DNA from: Nymphaea colorata
Taxonomy: Eukaryota
Length of the DNA: 64,000 nucleotides
Reading direction: 5' to 3'
Assembly (NCBI RefSeq): GCF_008831285.2
Contig: NC_045138.2
Coordinates: forward strand, 1,240,001 to 1,304,000
The notes beneath the pieces were generated by a model. The model had not been told where the DNA came from and ran no database searches. It saw only the letters and a list, made by a program, of their open reading frames with translations. Numbering within the stretch: position 1 is the first letter of the stretch; the number at the start of each line of letters is the position of its first letter. Shown piece after piece: positions 49,391 to 62,880 of the stretch. Made by a program: the position numbers and the translations under genes.

Positions 49391-50411
49391 CTAGTGAGCG
49401 TTCCGTTGATTCTCTTCTGCATCTCTTGCTTCTTCCTTAAGGAATTCTCCTTTTGGTTTTCTTTCATGTGTTCATGTTTTTTCTTTCAACCTAAATCGTT
49501 GGCTGGCTCTTCCGGTGAACTTCTCTTTTCTTTTGATCGCAACAAAAAATAGCGTTAGACGAAGAAGGAAACGCGCGCCAAAAGATGGGTGCTCCTGTTT
49601 ATAGTATCCGTTCTTTTAAATAGTTGCCGGAAAGTACTGATCCTAAAAAGGTTTTGGTAGCGCTGTCTTTTGGGATGATCAGATGCTGCTTATGAAGAGG
49701 AAAACTACAAGCTTTTTAGTCGCGTTCAGATCTGCTCACTTGGGAGTCGCATGTTCACATTTCACACTGTTTCGGTAGGCCAACTGTCGTCTACGTACCA
49801 AGATATGAAAAACATACAAAACAGAGTTACACAAGTCAAATCGGTCTTTTTAATTGATTTCATGTATTTTATCACTCCTTCAGTTATGCAACTAATTGTT
49901 ATGTTTTTTAAATCACCTCTCATTTAAGTTGCTTCTTTTCCATGCATTTGGATTACTTGTCAACTAGGGGTGGGCATCGGGCCGGGCCGGGCCGGGTGCT
50001 TGAGAAAAGGGAGATGGGAATGGATCTGGAAGTCGGTGACGCACGCGAGGAGGCTTGCCTCGACGAAAAGGACGACATTCCAGATGGTCAGCACCGGCTG
50101 AGCCAATGAGCCCCCCGCTTCACCCTGAGTATTTCGGGAATGCCATCCAGAGCAACGCGATGGCCGCAGAGGTGGGTGATCTCCTCAAGCGGGAGATTGG
50201 GTGGGCAGCAGGGCTGATCCACCGCGGGGTGGTGGCGCACGGAGACGGGACTATCAGGGGGATGGTAGACGAATGGGAGAACGGAGAAGGCGCCGCGGGA
50301 AGGGAGAGGGGGAGGAGGAGGGAGAGGGAGACGGGAAGGGAGAGGGGGAGAGGAGGAGGGAGAGGGAGACGGGAAGGGAGGGGAGAGGGGGAGCGGGTAG
50401 GGAGAGGGAAC

Positions 50412-50597
50412 CAGGGGCGTAGCCAGGATTTTTTTTAGGGTCGGGCCAAGACGATTTGCGGGCCGGGTCAAGAGGAGTGACGAGGAGCGACCGGTCGGGT
50501 CAAACTAAAAAAATTTGATTTTTTCAATGTAAAAAAAAAAAAAAATCCTGGGCTCACCCGGGCCATGGCCCGGGCGGCCCCCCCTCCCTCCGCCCCT
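50412..50597. mobile_element. Small hAT-like MITE nested in a GA-rich repeat
   Basis: TIRs CAGGGGCG ... CGCCCCTG. Confidence 0.65.
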
Positions 50598-51444
50598 GTG
50601 GATAACCCTAGAGGCCCGACCCGATGCTCACGCTTACTTCTTTGGGGTACTTTTTTTTCCTTCATTTTACTTACTCCTCAAGCAAACTCTTGACATTTCC
50701 GTTAGATCAAAGGCATTGAGGGGAAGACTCAAGAAGTCCACCACCTTTGAAAACAAAACTTCTAAGTTTCAACAACAATTAATACACAGTGACGCCAATT
50801 GTATGAACTCACCATTATATATTAAACAATGAAAGTCGACCGAGTCAATTACTTAAAATGATATATTTCCTCATAGAAATGGACCAAGAATCGAACCATT
50901 TCTCGCCGTGAACAACCTCAACCGCACGTCCATGTACAAATTTATGCAAAGTCCATTGACTCACCAACTAATTGTGGTGATTTGTTCAGATCATGTTCAT
51001 GGAGATAGCAAGTTGTGTGCGCTGCTGGGTGCACGCAACAAGCATACGCCAAAAGGAAAAGGAGGGTATTTTTGAAATTGTTGATAAAAAGGGTCCTTTT
51101 GGAACTTTCCCTTTTTGGGATTTTCTTTTCCATCTTTACAAAAAATATTTTTTTTTTGTAAAAAACGTGAGCATTTTTGTTAATAACCATACTAGCACAC
51201 AAAATCTCATACGGTCTATATAACCAGGTTCGGTTCATAAATATGGCTTTTGACGTATCTTCGTGCTTGATGTTTATATGATGTAGAAAATTTTTTCTTA
51301 ATAAAATGGTTGGAGGCCTATTCTTTGGCAGGGTTGTGAAATCGTCACCTTTCATTTGGTAGTGAGGGTGTTTTGGTCATTTTCAGCCTTTAATTAGTAG
51401 CCCTTGTGACGATCATTCCCAAGACACTCCTCTCATCATCTTTA

Positions 51445-51660
51445 AGGGTGCGTTTGATGCACAGGAAGAATTTAACGTGGTAAATTTACCACGGTAAATT
51501 TTTTTGAAAAAAAAAGAATGAAATTTAATCCTCCTTCGATTTGAGGTCATGTTTTGATGCACAAGAAGAATTTAACATGATAAATTTAACCATGTTTGAT
51601 GCACAAAAAAAGATTTAATCTAATAAATTTAACCATGCTTGATGCACATGATAGAAAAAT
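51445..51660. mobile_element. PIF/Harbinger (Tourist)-like MITE end
   Basis: Starts GGGTGCGTTTGAT after TAA. Subterminal repeats TTGATGCACA..AATTTAA. Other terminus not identified. Confidence 0.4.
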
Positions 51661-53257
51661 TAAGGAATTTTTTTTCAGACCTACAATAAGTTGTTTCAGG
51701 TAGAAGAGTCTATAGTTTTGAGTTGTGCACGAAGTATATTAAAAAAAGATGCTTCAAAATGATGAGTTTTCGCTGAATAGGCTGAAAAGATGCTTCAAAA
51801 TAACGAGTTTTGGCTGAATATGTTCTTCCTATTACATTAAAAATAAAAAAATAAATGAATGTTGTTCCATGACAAAGAACGAACCCCTGTACAGACTCGA
51901 CTAGATGATTCGTATACTTCCATTACATCAATTTCTTCTCCTCCACCACCCCCCCCCCCCCCCCTTTCCTTTCATGTTGCTTCTTGGTTACATGTTTTTG
52001 CTATTTTCGTTTGTTTGTATCTTCGTATGGGCTTCTTCTCCAAGCCTGCTTGACAGTTTACATAGCTATGCCGGACGGAGTCTGGCGCAGACAGGCGGTG
52101 AACAGAACCGGGATCAGCCGATAGGCACCCGCTTCCCCAATCTTCATCTGGAATTGGGATTTCGCCCTCCTTGTTGATCATTCATTTCAATGATTTCCCC
52201 TTGTTTTCATTTTCATTTAGTTGTTTAATCTGTTATGATTGATTTGGGGATTTTGGTGTAATCTATCGAATCTGTCCAAGGGAGCCGCTAACGCAGCTTG
52301 TTACCAGGTTCTACCGCAAACCAGCGGCGAAGGAATCATCTCAGGTGCTTGCTATCTACAGTCGCCTTCCTGAATGTGTTGAGGATCGCTGGACGCGATT
52401 ACAGCGCAATCGGAGCTGCTGTGAGTTAACGCCAAGATTCCAAAGCTCCGCCTGAACCTGAAAAGACCCTGGAACAGGGGAATCACATCCTGCCGGCGAC
52501 AGACGTGAGAAATGGAGACAACGGTGAGAGCGGCGACGGCATCAATCGATGGGATTTAGATATATACTCTTAATCATACCCGTCCGTTTTTTGAGATAGT
52601 CACATATTCGAATTCAAATTCAGATTTAAATAAGGATAAAAAAAATTTATATCCAAATCCAAAATGTGATTTGACAGTGCGAATCTGATTTTTATATTTT
52701 GAACTGAATTTTGCTAATCTTCAAAATGTCAAGCATTAAACATATGATATTTGTCTAAAAAGAAATTTGATCCGAATATGTATTTAAATCAAATCCAATA
52801 TTTATGTATATCTGAATCCAAATCTGATCGAATGTCATTTTTATAGAAGTGTGAAATCACCAAAATACCCTCAATCAAATAAAAAAGCAACTTTCTATAA
52901 GGTCAAAAAAAAATTGTCAACAAAGAAAAAAATGTTCTAAAATGCCGATTACTTTATAAAAATTTTCACAACGTCTCGCTTACATGGGTGTGCCGCCTCA
53001 CCTGGTTAGCGCCTGCCTGGTAGGGATCCGGTCAATGTGGAAGTGGCCGAAAATTGAAGGGGAAGGAGCATGGATCTTTCCAAGCTGTAGCGATCACTGA
53101 CTCACGTCATTAATTTAATAAGGTCAAGGACTCCGTCAGTCGTCTGCCTGAAAACATCGATCCACAGGTCTTTGTGATCATTGACTTGGTGCTTATAAAA
53201 TACCAGATAGAATGCACAAAGCTGGACATAACAAGAGGAGTGATCATAATCAGAATC

Positions 53258-54476
53258 ATGGAGAGCTACACACAGTTTCTTGGGTTTGTTCTCGTCGCTC
53301 TTGTCCTGGAAGTGGGCTTGGCTCAGGACACTCCAAGGACGATTGTCACTTCAGATTTCTTCAATACCCTCCTTTTCTCAAGATGGTAGTTGTGAGGGAA
53401 AAGGCTTCTACAACTATGATTCGTTCATATCCGCCGCTGAAAGTTATGGCGGCTTCGGCACCACCGGCCGGCGGCACCGACGTTCAAAAGAGGGAGCTAG
53501 CTGCTTTCCTTGCTAATGCCATGCATGAAACAGGAAGTATGTCAGCAACTAGCTCACTTATGTGGCAGTAATCAACTATGCAGAATTTTTTCTCACTTTG
53601 CATTTTAAATTACAGAAGCAGTTGGTACTCATGAAGTGAAAGTCTTTAATATGTTTCTTTGACAATATGAAAACTGTAGGCTTCTGCAAGATAAGCGAAA
53701 CAGATGATCGTTCCGACCACTGTAATCAAAACTACCCGCAATATCCTTGTGCTCCAGGCAAAAGTTACTATGGCAGAGGACCGTTGCAGCTATCATGGTA
53801 ACAATCATTTACATTTTAATTTCTCATACGTTTAGATATGCATGATTTCCTAGCTTCATTTTGGCCTTATCACTGGTGCTCCCTTCCACCCACCCCCCAA
53901 ACCCAAATTTCCTTCTCAAAAAGACGACTGTGCTTCTTTTTTTTATTTATCATTTTCCTTGAGATCTAATTAAAACAAGAATTAAGTTTGAAAGAAATTA
54001 AATTTTCATGGGTGTTAATCCCTTGAAACCATAAACCATGGTAACCGAAATTAAGAGAAATTGAGCCGACAATCATATGACCTTTTTATTTCTTTGTATA
54101 AAATGCCACCAAAACAACCACATTGAAAATCTCTCATTTTCTTTCTCTAGATATCTCTCTTACTTTTACGGATACACACACAGGAACTTCAACTATGTTG
54201 CAGCAGGGCAGGCCATTGGCTTCGACGGCTTGAACAACCCGGAGATCGTGGCTCAGGATAAAGACATATCTTTCAAGACAGCAGTGTGGTTTTGGATGTC
54301 CAACAGCAACTGCCACCAAGGGATCACCACAGACGGCGGCTTTGGCTCCACCATCAGAGCCATTAACAGTGGTGAGTGCAGTGGAGGAGCTCCGGACAAG
54401 GTGCAGTCCAGGGTCAACTTCTACCAGCGGTTCTGCCAGCAGTTTGGCGTAGACCCAGGCCAGAACGTCTACTGCT
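53258..54476 (+). pseudogene. GH19 chitinase without hevein domain (class IV-like catalytic domain), 3 exons, disrupted
   Basis: Exons 53258-53536, 53680-53797 and 54184-~54476 with GT-AG introns. Signal peptide, [50 protein letters not shown]. Two frameshifts in exon 1 (~53372, ~53468) and TAC where the stop is expected after NVYC. Confidence 0.93.
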
Positions 54477-54750
54477 ACATTAATTCCGCCACCAATGCCC
54501 TCCTAATTCCGCCATACTATTGCAGACATGTACTAGATATAAGCATGTTCTCATTTAAATAAAATGATATTAAGATCAACTGAGTGAAAGTTTCCTGCAT
54601 CTCTCTCTCTCTCTCTCTTACATATGTGGTTTAGTGAAAGCCTCTATCTGTGAGTTCTCTCTCCTACATATGTGGTTTAGTGAAAACCTCAATTTGTGAG
54701 CTTGGTTGATCTTTTTAACCACGGTTAATTGTGCCACATTTATGATCCGG

Positions 54751-54781
<31 letters not shown>

Positions 54782-56038
54782 GTTCTGGAGGATGTCCACA
54801 GTGCACAAATATCATCATTAACAGTTTATGCTGCTTTACTTTCATTCTCTGTGAAACTTTCGACTGATTTCCATCAACACCTATGTGAAAACGGCAAAAC
54901 CAATTAATTTGCTGACCTTCGCCGCGCAGGATATGAGGCATATTTAATGTCAGAACGAGGCTTAAAGAGTAGATAGGATATTTTGATAAGTTTTAAAAAA
55001 GAAATGTTTTTTACAGTGTTTTTACTTTTTATATGTCTACTTTTGTCATTGCAGAAAGTTTTTCTCTTTAGTGTGAACTGAAGTTATTTTAGTCATTAAC
55101 CATGTTACCCACGAAATTCCATGCACCAATATAGCGCATATAATCATGTCCAATTTAACATGCACCAATTAGTTGTGGCATTTTCCTTCTTTAATTTTTT
55201 GAAATGAATCCATCCTTACGAGGGACCCAAGTCAGTTTCCGCACCAGATATGGCAGTGAATTGCATGCGCTAAGGTGGTGCACACAACAAATAAAACGTG
55301 GGGGGAGTTTTAGAGATTTAAAAAAAAAAATGCCTTTTTTTACATTTAAGTTTTTTCACTATTTTTTTGTCCTTACAGGGGTTTCCCTCTTTACTAATCA
55401 AGGGCATCCTTGTCATTATTCTAGTGCACAATTCAACCAGACATTGGTATCAAGGAATAATGTGCAATCATATATTAAACAATGACTATACAAGTCAATT
55501 AAGTTGAGATAATTTTCGTTCAAATCCAAACATTATATTGCATTCTCATTCTCTGAACAAATGCGGCCAAGACTTTGAACAACCTGAACTCTTGAGTCCA
55601 TTTACAAATGCAAGTCTATGGACTTATGAATTTGCGGTGAATTAGTTAGATTATGTTCACGGATCTATGCATGGCACTTAAAGACACATTAAATCATTAA
55701 TTATCTATTCATCGCACTTGAAGTTTATACACGCACAAGCAAATGAATGGTAGTTCTTGAGAGGTGAAGCCATCCCCTCTCCCCATTCCCCAACACCACC
55801 CTCCCCATACCCCTCCCCCCCCCCCCCAAAAAAAAAAAAAACTTCAGCCCGTGAGGTTTATAGTTGTTTTCAGATTTGGGTGGTCTACTGCACACCCTTC
55901 AACTTATTATTGTACTCAAAGAATCACGTAGTGACAACTTCATGGTTTCTGTTCAATGTTTGATTGGTATAAGCACTAAAACACAAAGGCACTGAGATAA
56001 TGTGATTGGAACACATAGGCCACACCACTGATTAATGC

Positions 56039-57246
56039 TGTTGTAATAGGAATGCGGGTATTCTACATTATTCTCAGACAATCTCAAAAAATTGGTTTTC
56101 TAAAGAAAAATTTGCTTCGAGGAACTTGGTGATACCTTGAAGAGGCTGAAAATGTAAGATCATTTGGTGGGCCGGCATATGTGTATAAGGAATTTCAGAC
56201 ATTATGGCTGTCTTATGGTAAATATCCGCTTAAGTGATTGCGTTTTGGGATATTACGTCATTTATATGGTACAGGGTAATTTTGAAATGTATAGATACCT
56301 GTTTGTAATTACGGACTCTTTGATGGGTTGAATCTGTAATTGCCCTTAATATAAAATAGTAGTGGTCCCATGGGTCATGCAAATGGTTGCTTGAGACGTT
56401 GGTTTCTAGGGTTTTCTCTTCCCTATCTGAGAGAGACCTCACGCGCACCACACGTACCTTGGAAGACCCTGCTGTGATCTTCCTATGCACCAGTTCAGAT
56501 AGATTCAAGTACGCTTCCGCTACAGTTAAGTTTATTTTGTTTAATTCAATGATTTAGCATGAGCATGATCGTGTTTAGGGCATATCATTTTGTGTATGCA
56601 TGTGGGAGAAATCCCAACAATTGGTATCAGAGCCCATGTTCTTTGTCAAATCATTGATTTTTTGGATGATTTTGTTTGTCTCCCCTTTCAGATGTTCCCT
56701 TTCTTCAGTTGCAAGTATTGTTTTCAAAAAAAAAAAAAAAAAAAATCTGGAAAGGGGGCGACGGCCTCCATCGTGTGGGCGATGGAAGCCGTCGGCTTCC
56801 GTCGCAACCGGACAAAGGGACAAAGGGAGGAGAAACGGCCGGATTTGGCCATTAAGGCGGGATGGGTGGGCAGCGACCGCTGGCTTCAGGCGACGGCCGG
56901 CTGCTTGCTTGCCGTGCGCCCTGCCTTCGATTTCTGAAAGGAACGGGCAGTGAGAGACAATGGCGGGAGAAAAGGGTTTCACCCACCTCCGTCCGGCCAC
57001 GTCCAGCCTCGCGGGGGAGTTCACCGCCGTGGGACGGCGCCGTGCGACGCACTGGTGCCCACCCACAGCCTGCCAGTGGCTTTCTGGCCACCGTTTTCAG
57101 CGCCCAAAACCAGAAAGGGGCAGAAATAAAAAAAAGGGTAGAAAACTGGCCGATTCCGGTCGGTTTACGGTGGGAGACGGCCGGCCATCACGGCGGGTGG
57201 CCAGTGGAAGGCCACCGTCTGCCTGTCGTTCGGCAACCGCCGGCTT
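56039..57246 (+). mobile_element. Copia (Angela-like) 5' LTR, PBS and GC-rich leader
   Basis: LTR TGTTGTAA...CCCAACA (~56039-56619), then tRNA-iMet PBS TGGTATCAGAGCC (~56622). The leader stops abruptly at F-box exon 2. Confidence 0.85.
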
Positions 57247-58161
57247 TAGCAGCTCTCTCCAGCCATTCCATGCCTGCAGCTGTTGATGGCCCTTGTTCTG
57301 ATAAGAGCAAAATTCCAAGAGCATTCATGGCTTCCATGCAGCCTTCCTCTACAGCTGCCACTAGGTGCAACTTGCCCTTTTTCTTTCTCCTCTTATTATA
57401 GCATTCAACCTGCAAGCCCACCAACACAGAAAACATAGAATGCAAAAACGTATTATACATACACCGCATATTTATGAAAAATGAAAGAGGGAGGCAGAAT
57501 TGATTTGATATGGTTTTTAAAAAATTTCTCATCTTAAAAACAAGAAAAAAAGGCATGGAGAGTTTCCTATACTGCTAAAATTTGGTAGAGTAATTATTCT
57601 TTTTCTTAATTCAGGAACACATTGCAGTACTTGCAACCAACTTATAAAGCGTTGATTCAAATTTGGTGTGTGTTGCAACCTATGAAGACAATAGTATAAC
57701 ATTATCGCATGAAAAAGATTAAAACTGTAATATGAAAAAAAAGAACCGCAAATTCATACCATGTCAAGAACACAGGCTGCTAATTGATTTCATGTCTCTA
57801 CACAATCCAATACCAATGGCCATGAACCCTACCGGTACAGCCACCAGCCTAGCCTTTGATATTCATCCACAATGGTGGCTCGTCTGAGCACCCGTCTATC
57901 CCTTGTAGCTTCATGCAGCATCTTGCACCTGCACACTCGTTTGAATCAAACCCTTTAGAGAATCTATGTAGAGTGCTTGAAAGTTGAATCTATTGGAGAT
58001 GACAGAAAACTTACGTGAACCTCTTGTTGGCAAGGTCAGGAACCAACAACATGCCAGCGACGAAGAAACAATGTGTGTTACGATCTCTGCGACGACTTCT
58101 CCTGGAAGAGCATCAAGAGTCATTGGTCTCTTCATGGCAGCCTTCTTCATGATCTGCCCAT
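57247..58161 (-). pseudogene. F-box gene (At1g67623-like, SEL1-like helical repeat): exon 1, intron and truncated exon 2
   Basis: ATG 58161, exon 1 to 57760 (donor GTATGA), acceptor TTGCAG, then exon 2 from 57409 VECYNKRRKKKGKLHLVAAVEEGCMEAMNALGILLLSE. Frameshifts present. Promoter 58200-58393. Confidence 0.78.
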
Positions 58162-58595
58162 GGTGCTCCTCCGCCCTTCTCTTACTAAATTCCTCAAATT
58201 CAAAACCAGTTTCTCTCTCTCTCTTTTATATTTATGAAGAGGTAATTTCTTCAGTTATGAAGCATTATGAAGGTATGCATAAATAGACAAGTCCACCATC
58301 ATAGATAGGCAAGTCGACTCATAGAAAGATCAAATATTACTTTTTCGATATATCTGAGTCTGGCAGTTGAATAATTATGCAGTTGGTTAAGAAATACACT
58401 TTTGCATTCTATGTTTTCTGTGTTGGTGGGCCTGCAGGTTGAATGCTATAATAAGAGGAGAAAGGAAAAGGGCAAGTTGCACCTAGCGGCAGCTGCAGAG
58501 GAAGGCTGCATGGAGGCCGTGTATGCTCTTGGAATTTTGCTCTTATCTGAACATGGGCCATCAATAGCTGCATGCATGGAATGGTTGGAGAGAGC
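57252..58595. repeat. Inverted repeat 4 (arms 57252-57448 / 58400-58595)
   Basis: F-box intron end plus exon-2 start in both orientations, around a ~950 bp spacer. Confidence 0.95.
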
Positions 58596-58856
58596 CCCTA
58601 AGTCTAGGGTGGCGGAGCTGCCAACCTTGTCAAAAGTAGGAAGAAGGTTGTGCAAATGCTAAGGGACCTATGGATTGCAGACGGACTCCTGCAGCCTCAA
58701 CCATGGCACTATGTGGATGATGACTGCGGCAAGTCGGCAAGAGGTGAAGCCTTGAAAGGTTGGTGGTGTGAGGAAGATGAAGAAAACGACAGATGCTTCT
58801 GCTCATCTCTATGCAGATCGATCTACGAGTTCAATAAATTTGTCAAACAACTGTGA
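58438..58856 (+). pseudogene. F-box gene complete exon 2 (orphan, frameshifted)
   Basis: Acceptor CTGCAG, then VECYNKRRKEKGKLHLAAAAEEGCMEAVYALGILLLSE ... GWWCEEDEENDRCFCSSLCRSIYEFNKFVKQL-stop. Confidence 0.75.
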
Positions 58857-59362
58857 TCTAATTATGGTGATGGCAAAGAGAAATCCTATTGCGTGTATAG
58901 TTATTTCGGCATATCAAGCAAGGTGGCAGTAAATTAGTGTTAGGTGTAATTTTTCAATTCCCCATTTAATTGATATTATCTTAGAACAAGTTTGCGAATT
59001 AGATCTGGCAATAAGTTTTTATATGAAAAGAAATATATTGCTAGCTATAAAATAAGATTAAACTACATCTACCATGCTAGCTATAAAATAAGATTAAACT
59101 ACATCTACCAATGCTTCATCTCTCAGGAAATGAGATTAACCAGGATACCAATTGGCGCATACCTCTTTTGTATATCTGCCAGGTGTATATGGAAATGCAA
59201 CAATTGGAGAGTAATTTTCACAAGCTTCTGAATATTTTGATGGAGAATGAAATCCTTATCATTTTGCTGCCAGCAGATGGATTATCATCAGAAAAATATG
59301 AAAGTAGCTAGGCACTACATAATGTACAATTTGTCAAAGAAATAACTGCAATAACTCATACC

Positions 59363-60166
59363 TTCAAATAAAGTATAAGAAAAGTGCCTTTTTGAATAAG
59401 CTTTTCAAGTTGTCTTTTCTAATGGTTAAGGAGCTTTTATTAGCCTCTCTTTCCAACACATACTGCTTAGCAGATTTGGGACATTTGGTCGATACAACAA
59501 CCTGCAGACAAGTAAGTCTACAAGCAAGTCCCTGTACTCTAAAACCACATGCACCACCTGAAACCAACAAAATGTCCTAAACAATTACAAATGAATCTGA
59601 ATACAGAGCTTCAAAAGATTGATACATGAGCTTCAAATAGGAGTGCTTAGTATGTGTTCCGCACATCAAGTTTGTGGGCAGATCACTGCAGGTATTTATC
59701 AGACCATCTAAGGATCTCTACATGAACGGACTGCAATTATTGACAATAGGAATACGCATGGAAAAAATTCTAGTTGCTGTTCAACACAAGAATATAATGA
59801 TAAGCCCCTTGAAGAACAGCTCATTTGCAGAATAAACATTGCAATACCCTGACTTGTAATCCATTTTCCTGCTTAGCAGCAAAAAATTAACAAACAAACA
59901 AGAATAGAAGTACTGACAGCATGAAAAAGCAGATAATTGGACGGTATTATCCTAATACAAGCATGACAAAAAAAGGGTTATGTAAATTAAGACACTTTCA
60001 GAGTATCTTACCCTAGGTCCAGTTCTTTCTACTTCACAGAGTAAAGGTAATGCCAGCAGTGGTAATAAATGTTATGCCTTTGGGATGCACATTGCAAGTT
60101 CGCACCCTGCTAAACAGATCATATAAGCATCTTTTGGGTTTTGATTATTGAACCCAAAAAAGAAAA

Positions 60167-60197
<31 letters not shown>

Positions 60198-61120
60198 ACT
60201 TTACGAAATCTACATGAAAACTCCTTGGGATGCGAATGAGAAGTATTAAAGAACACCAAACAAGTGAATGTTGCCAATAAGCACGGCAGCTGAAGCATAC
60301 ACACAGATGAAGCAATGCAAAACATATGCCACTTTCCTAATGTCAATATTTGGTATTGCTTGCATTTGTAAATATAGGTATTCAGGTTGTGGCAATTAGT
60401 ACTGCTGCTGTTATAGGTAAACGAACAACAATGACTGCAACTATCTAGATAAATGCATAGCTTAAAAAGGCAATTAATGGCATTTTAGCAATGCCAGTTT
60501 CTCCTAACACCAAAATTTGCCAATCTTTCAAATTTTTTACTTAGTAATTGACCACTTATGAGATCTTTTCAACTTGGTACATTTACAAGTTACTGCTGAC
60601 AAATGAAGTTACACTCTTGCAAAAAAATTGATTCATATATCTTGATACTCTTAGGAGCGTAGGAACCAAAACTTTTTTAAAGTTTAGAAAACAAAAATAT
60701 ATGAAAAGTGGGGAAAATTGGCTGGAGAAAGGAGAATGACAAGAAAAGACTAAATGCTTGGCTACAAGGTCAAAAGTTAACATTTTCGAGTTGGAGAAAA
60801 CAAAAAGTTAAGCGTTCAATGCTGACAATAGGCATTAACCATAATTTTGTCCACATCATATTGCTGAGCCATCTGGTCAAAAGAGTGTAGAATGCTGTAA
60901 TCTTATGATCAACATTCAATATTCTCAATTTGCCCATGATTGCAAATCTTCAAGAGTAGCTACCTTCAGTCCAAATTTGCAGCTTTTTTGTTGAAAATCG
61001 GGCTTGGGAACGCGCCAGATTAGCTGCTGTCGTCCTGCTCAAGCACAGTTGGCAGTTTCCGCCAAGCATGTTTGAACTCATTACAGAATCTTGGTTCAAC
61101 AGTTCTAGAGTCCAAAATCC
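59363..61120 (-). other. Possible exons of an unidentified gene fragment (59363-59501, 60965-61119)
   Basis: Minus-strand CAG acceptor and AG|GTA donor pairs in intron-like sequence. No recognisable protein. Confidence 0.3.
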
Positions 61121-62512
61121 TGTTACTTGGACGTTGAAACAATTTAACACTTTTTGTTAAAAAGTCAGCTTAAATCTCTGCACATGAGCCCAAACATATG
61201 CCAACCACAAGGCACAAGTTTATTCTCCTTAATTGAAAATATCAGCATGGATTTTTCAGTAGGCTTTGAGTCTTTGACGCTTTGTCCTAAATTCCTAATA
61301 TGTGAAGTCCACTAGCAGTCTAGTAGGGAAACTCGCTTCTCACTTGGCCACTTCCCAGCTTTGCTTTCCTTCGTTTCTCACTTCACGATGCTTCCCTGCT
61401 TAATCCTATCCATTATTCTAGACATTTTCACTTCACATTATCACAAAAAAACAAAAACAGAGAGAAGTGGAAGTGTGGAACTGAGAGTGACAGACGATTA
61501 AACGAAAAAAAAAAAAACGAAGGAAACTAAACATCTAAACAAGCGTTGAAAAAGGGGGGGGGAAAATGAAAAGCCAACACTGCAACACCAATTTTATTGA
61601 CTCAGCCAACAAAACAAGCGTTTAATTAATAAGAAATGGGCGGTGAAACAATTCTGGTGAATGGTTGGGCGAAATGGGCAGGGAAACAATTCTAGGTCCA
61701 AGAGATTTTGGCACTTAAGGCGATTATCTTCTACTGAAGAATCATAAAATTCAAGGCGGACAAGTAGATAGCTAGGAAAAAATTTTCCGATGGGTTGTCT
61801 CTGATCCGACAAACACGGCTTCAACAATCTTGGCTAAAGATCCAAAAACGAAAAGGTCCATCCTACAAGTGTTTGACTGTTTCTTTGATACGACACACGA
61901 TGACAAGTCCCCCACAAACATTCTCCTCCTTCTATTTCAAGGGGCGCTAGTACCACCAGACGAAAATTTCCAGAGATATAGTTGGATTCCTTGAGAGCGG
62001 ACTTTTTTTCTCCTTGAAAGAATTTGCCAGTTTTTGGGTTCACGATGTACAAACGTTTAAAAAATAAAAATTTCAGGCATATCGTGTGTTTTTGCTTGGC
62101 CACTTCCCAATCATTTGCCATCAAAATGGTCTGCCAATCACTTAGTGAAGCCAAAAAATTTTAGTTGGAATTATTAATGTGCAAAAATAAATAAACTTTA
62201 CAAGGCTGATGTTGGCAGTTGGGAATTATAAAATATGATATAGAAGTGTCCAAGCTGTGTCCTGTACCTGCACCCATGTCTAGTAGTGTCAGAATGAGTT
62301 GAGGGTCCTTCCAAGTGTAGTCTGTTTCCATAAAAGATGACATTCCATAAAGGATAACATTCACTTTCTCCTTCATCTCTTAAAGAGCCATTGTGACAGG
62401 AGACATTGTGGAAACCATATATTTAGTCACAAAAAAACAGGCTCTTCTAAGCACCCTTTACATGCGTAAATCTCAATTCAACCGGCCTGTGTTAGGTTTT
62501 AGCATATATATA

Positions 62513-62880
62513 GATTGTCACAAAAAACGCTGTTTTTTTAAAAAAAGCGCGTATTTAACGCCAAAAACAGTTCTGTCGTATAATAATCGTACTATTCTCG
62601 TTTTTTTTTTTAAAAAGTCAAAAAACAAAAAACGCATATAATACCCGTTTAATACCCGTATTATACGTTATTTTCCCGTTTTTTGTCGTTATTTTCTCTT
62701 TTTTTGCCTTTTTTTATTAATTATTATTTTTTATAATTTTTAAGATGTATTAAATGTTTAATTTTTAAAAAAAAATTACCGAACTTTTCCCGTTTTATTC
62801 CCGATATATAAAACTTTACCGTATTATACCCGTTTTTTTTTCTCACCGTTTAATACCGGTCCCCGTTTTTTGTGACAATG
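62513..62880. mobile_element. MITE inserted in a (TA)n run
   Basis: TIR ATTGTCACAAAAAACG / CGTTTTTTGTGACAAT. The empty site is visible at ~30265-30285. Confidence 0.9.

Noticed and set aside
54621..54700. Short tandem duplications (also 59040-59110, 2821-2884) and microsatellites
   Set aside because: Ordinary slippage products with no further structure
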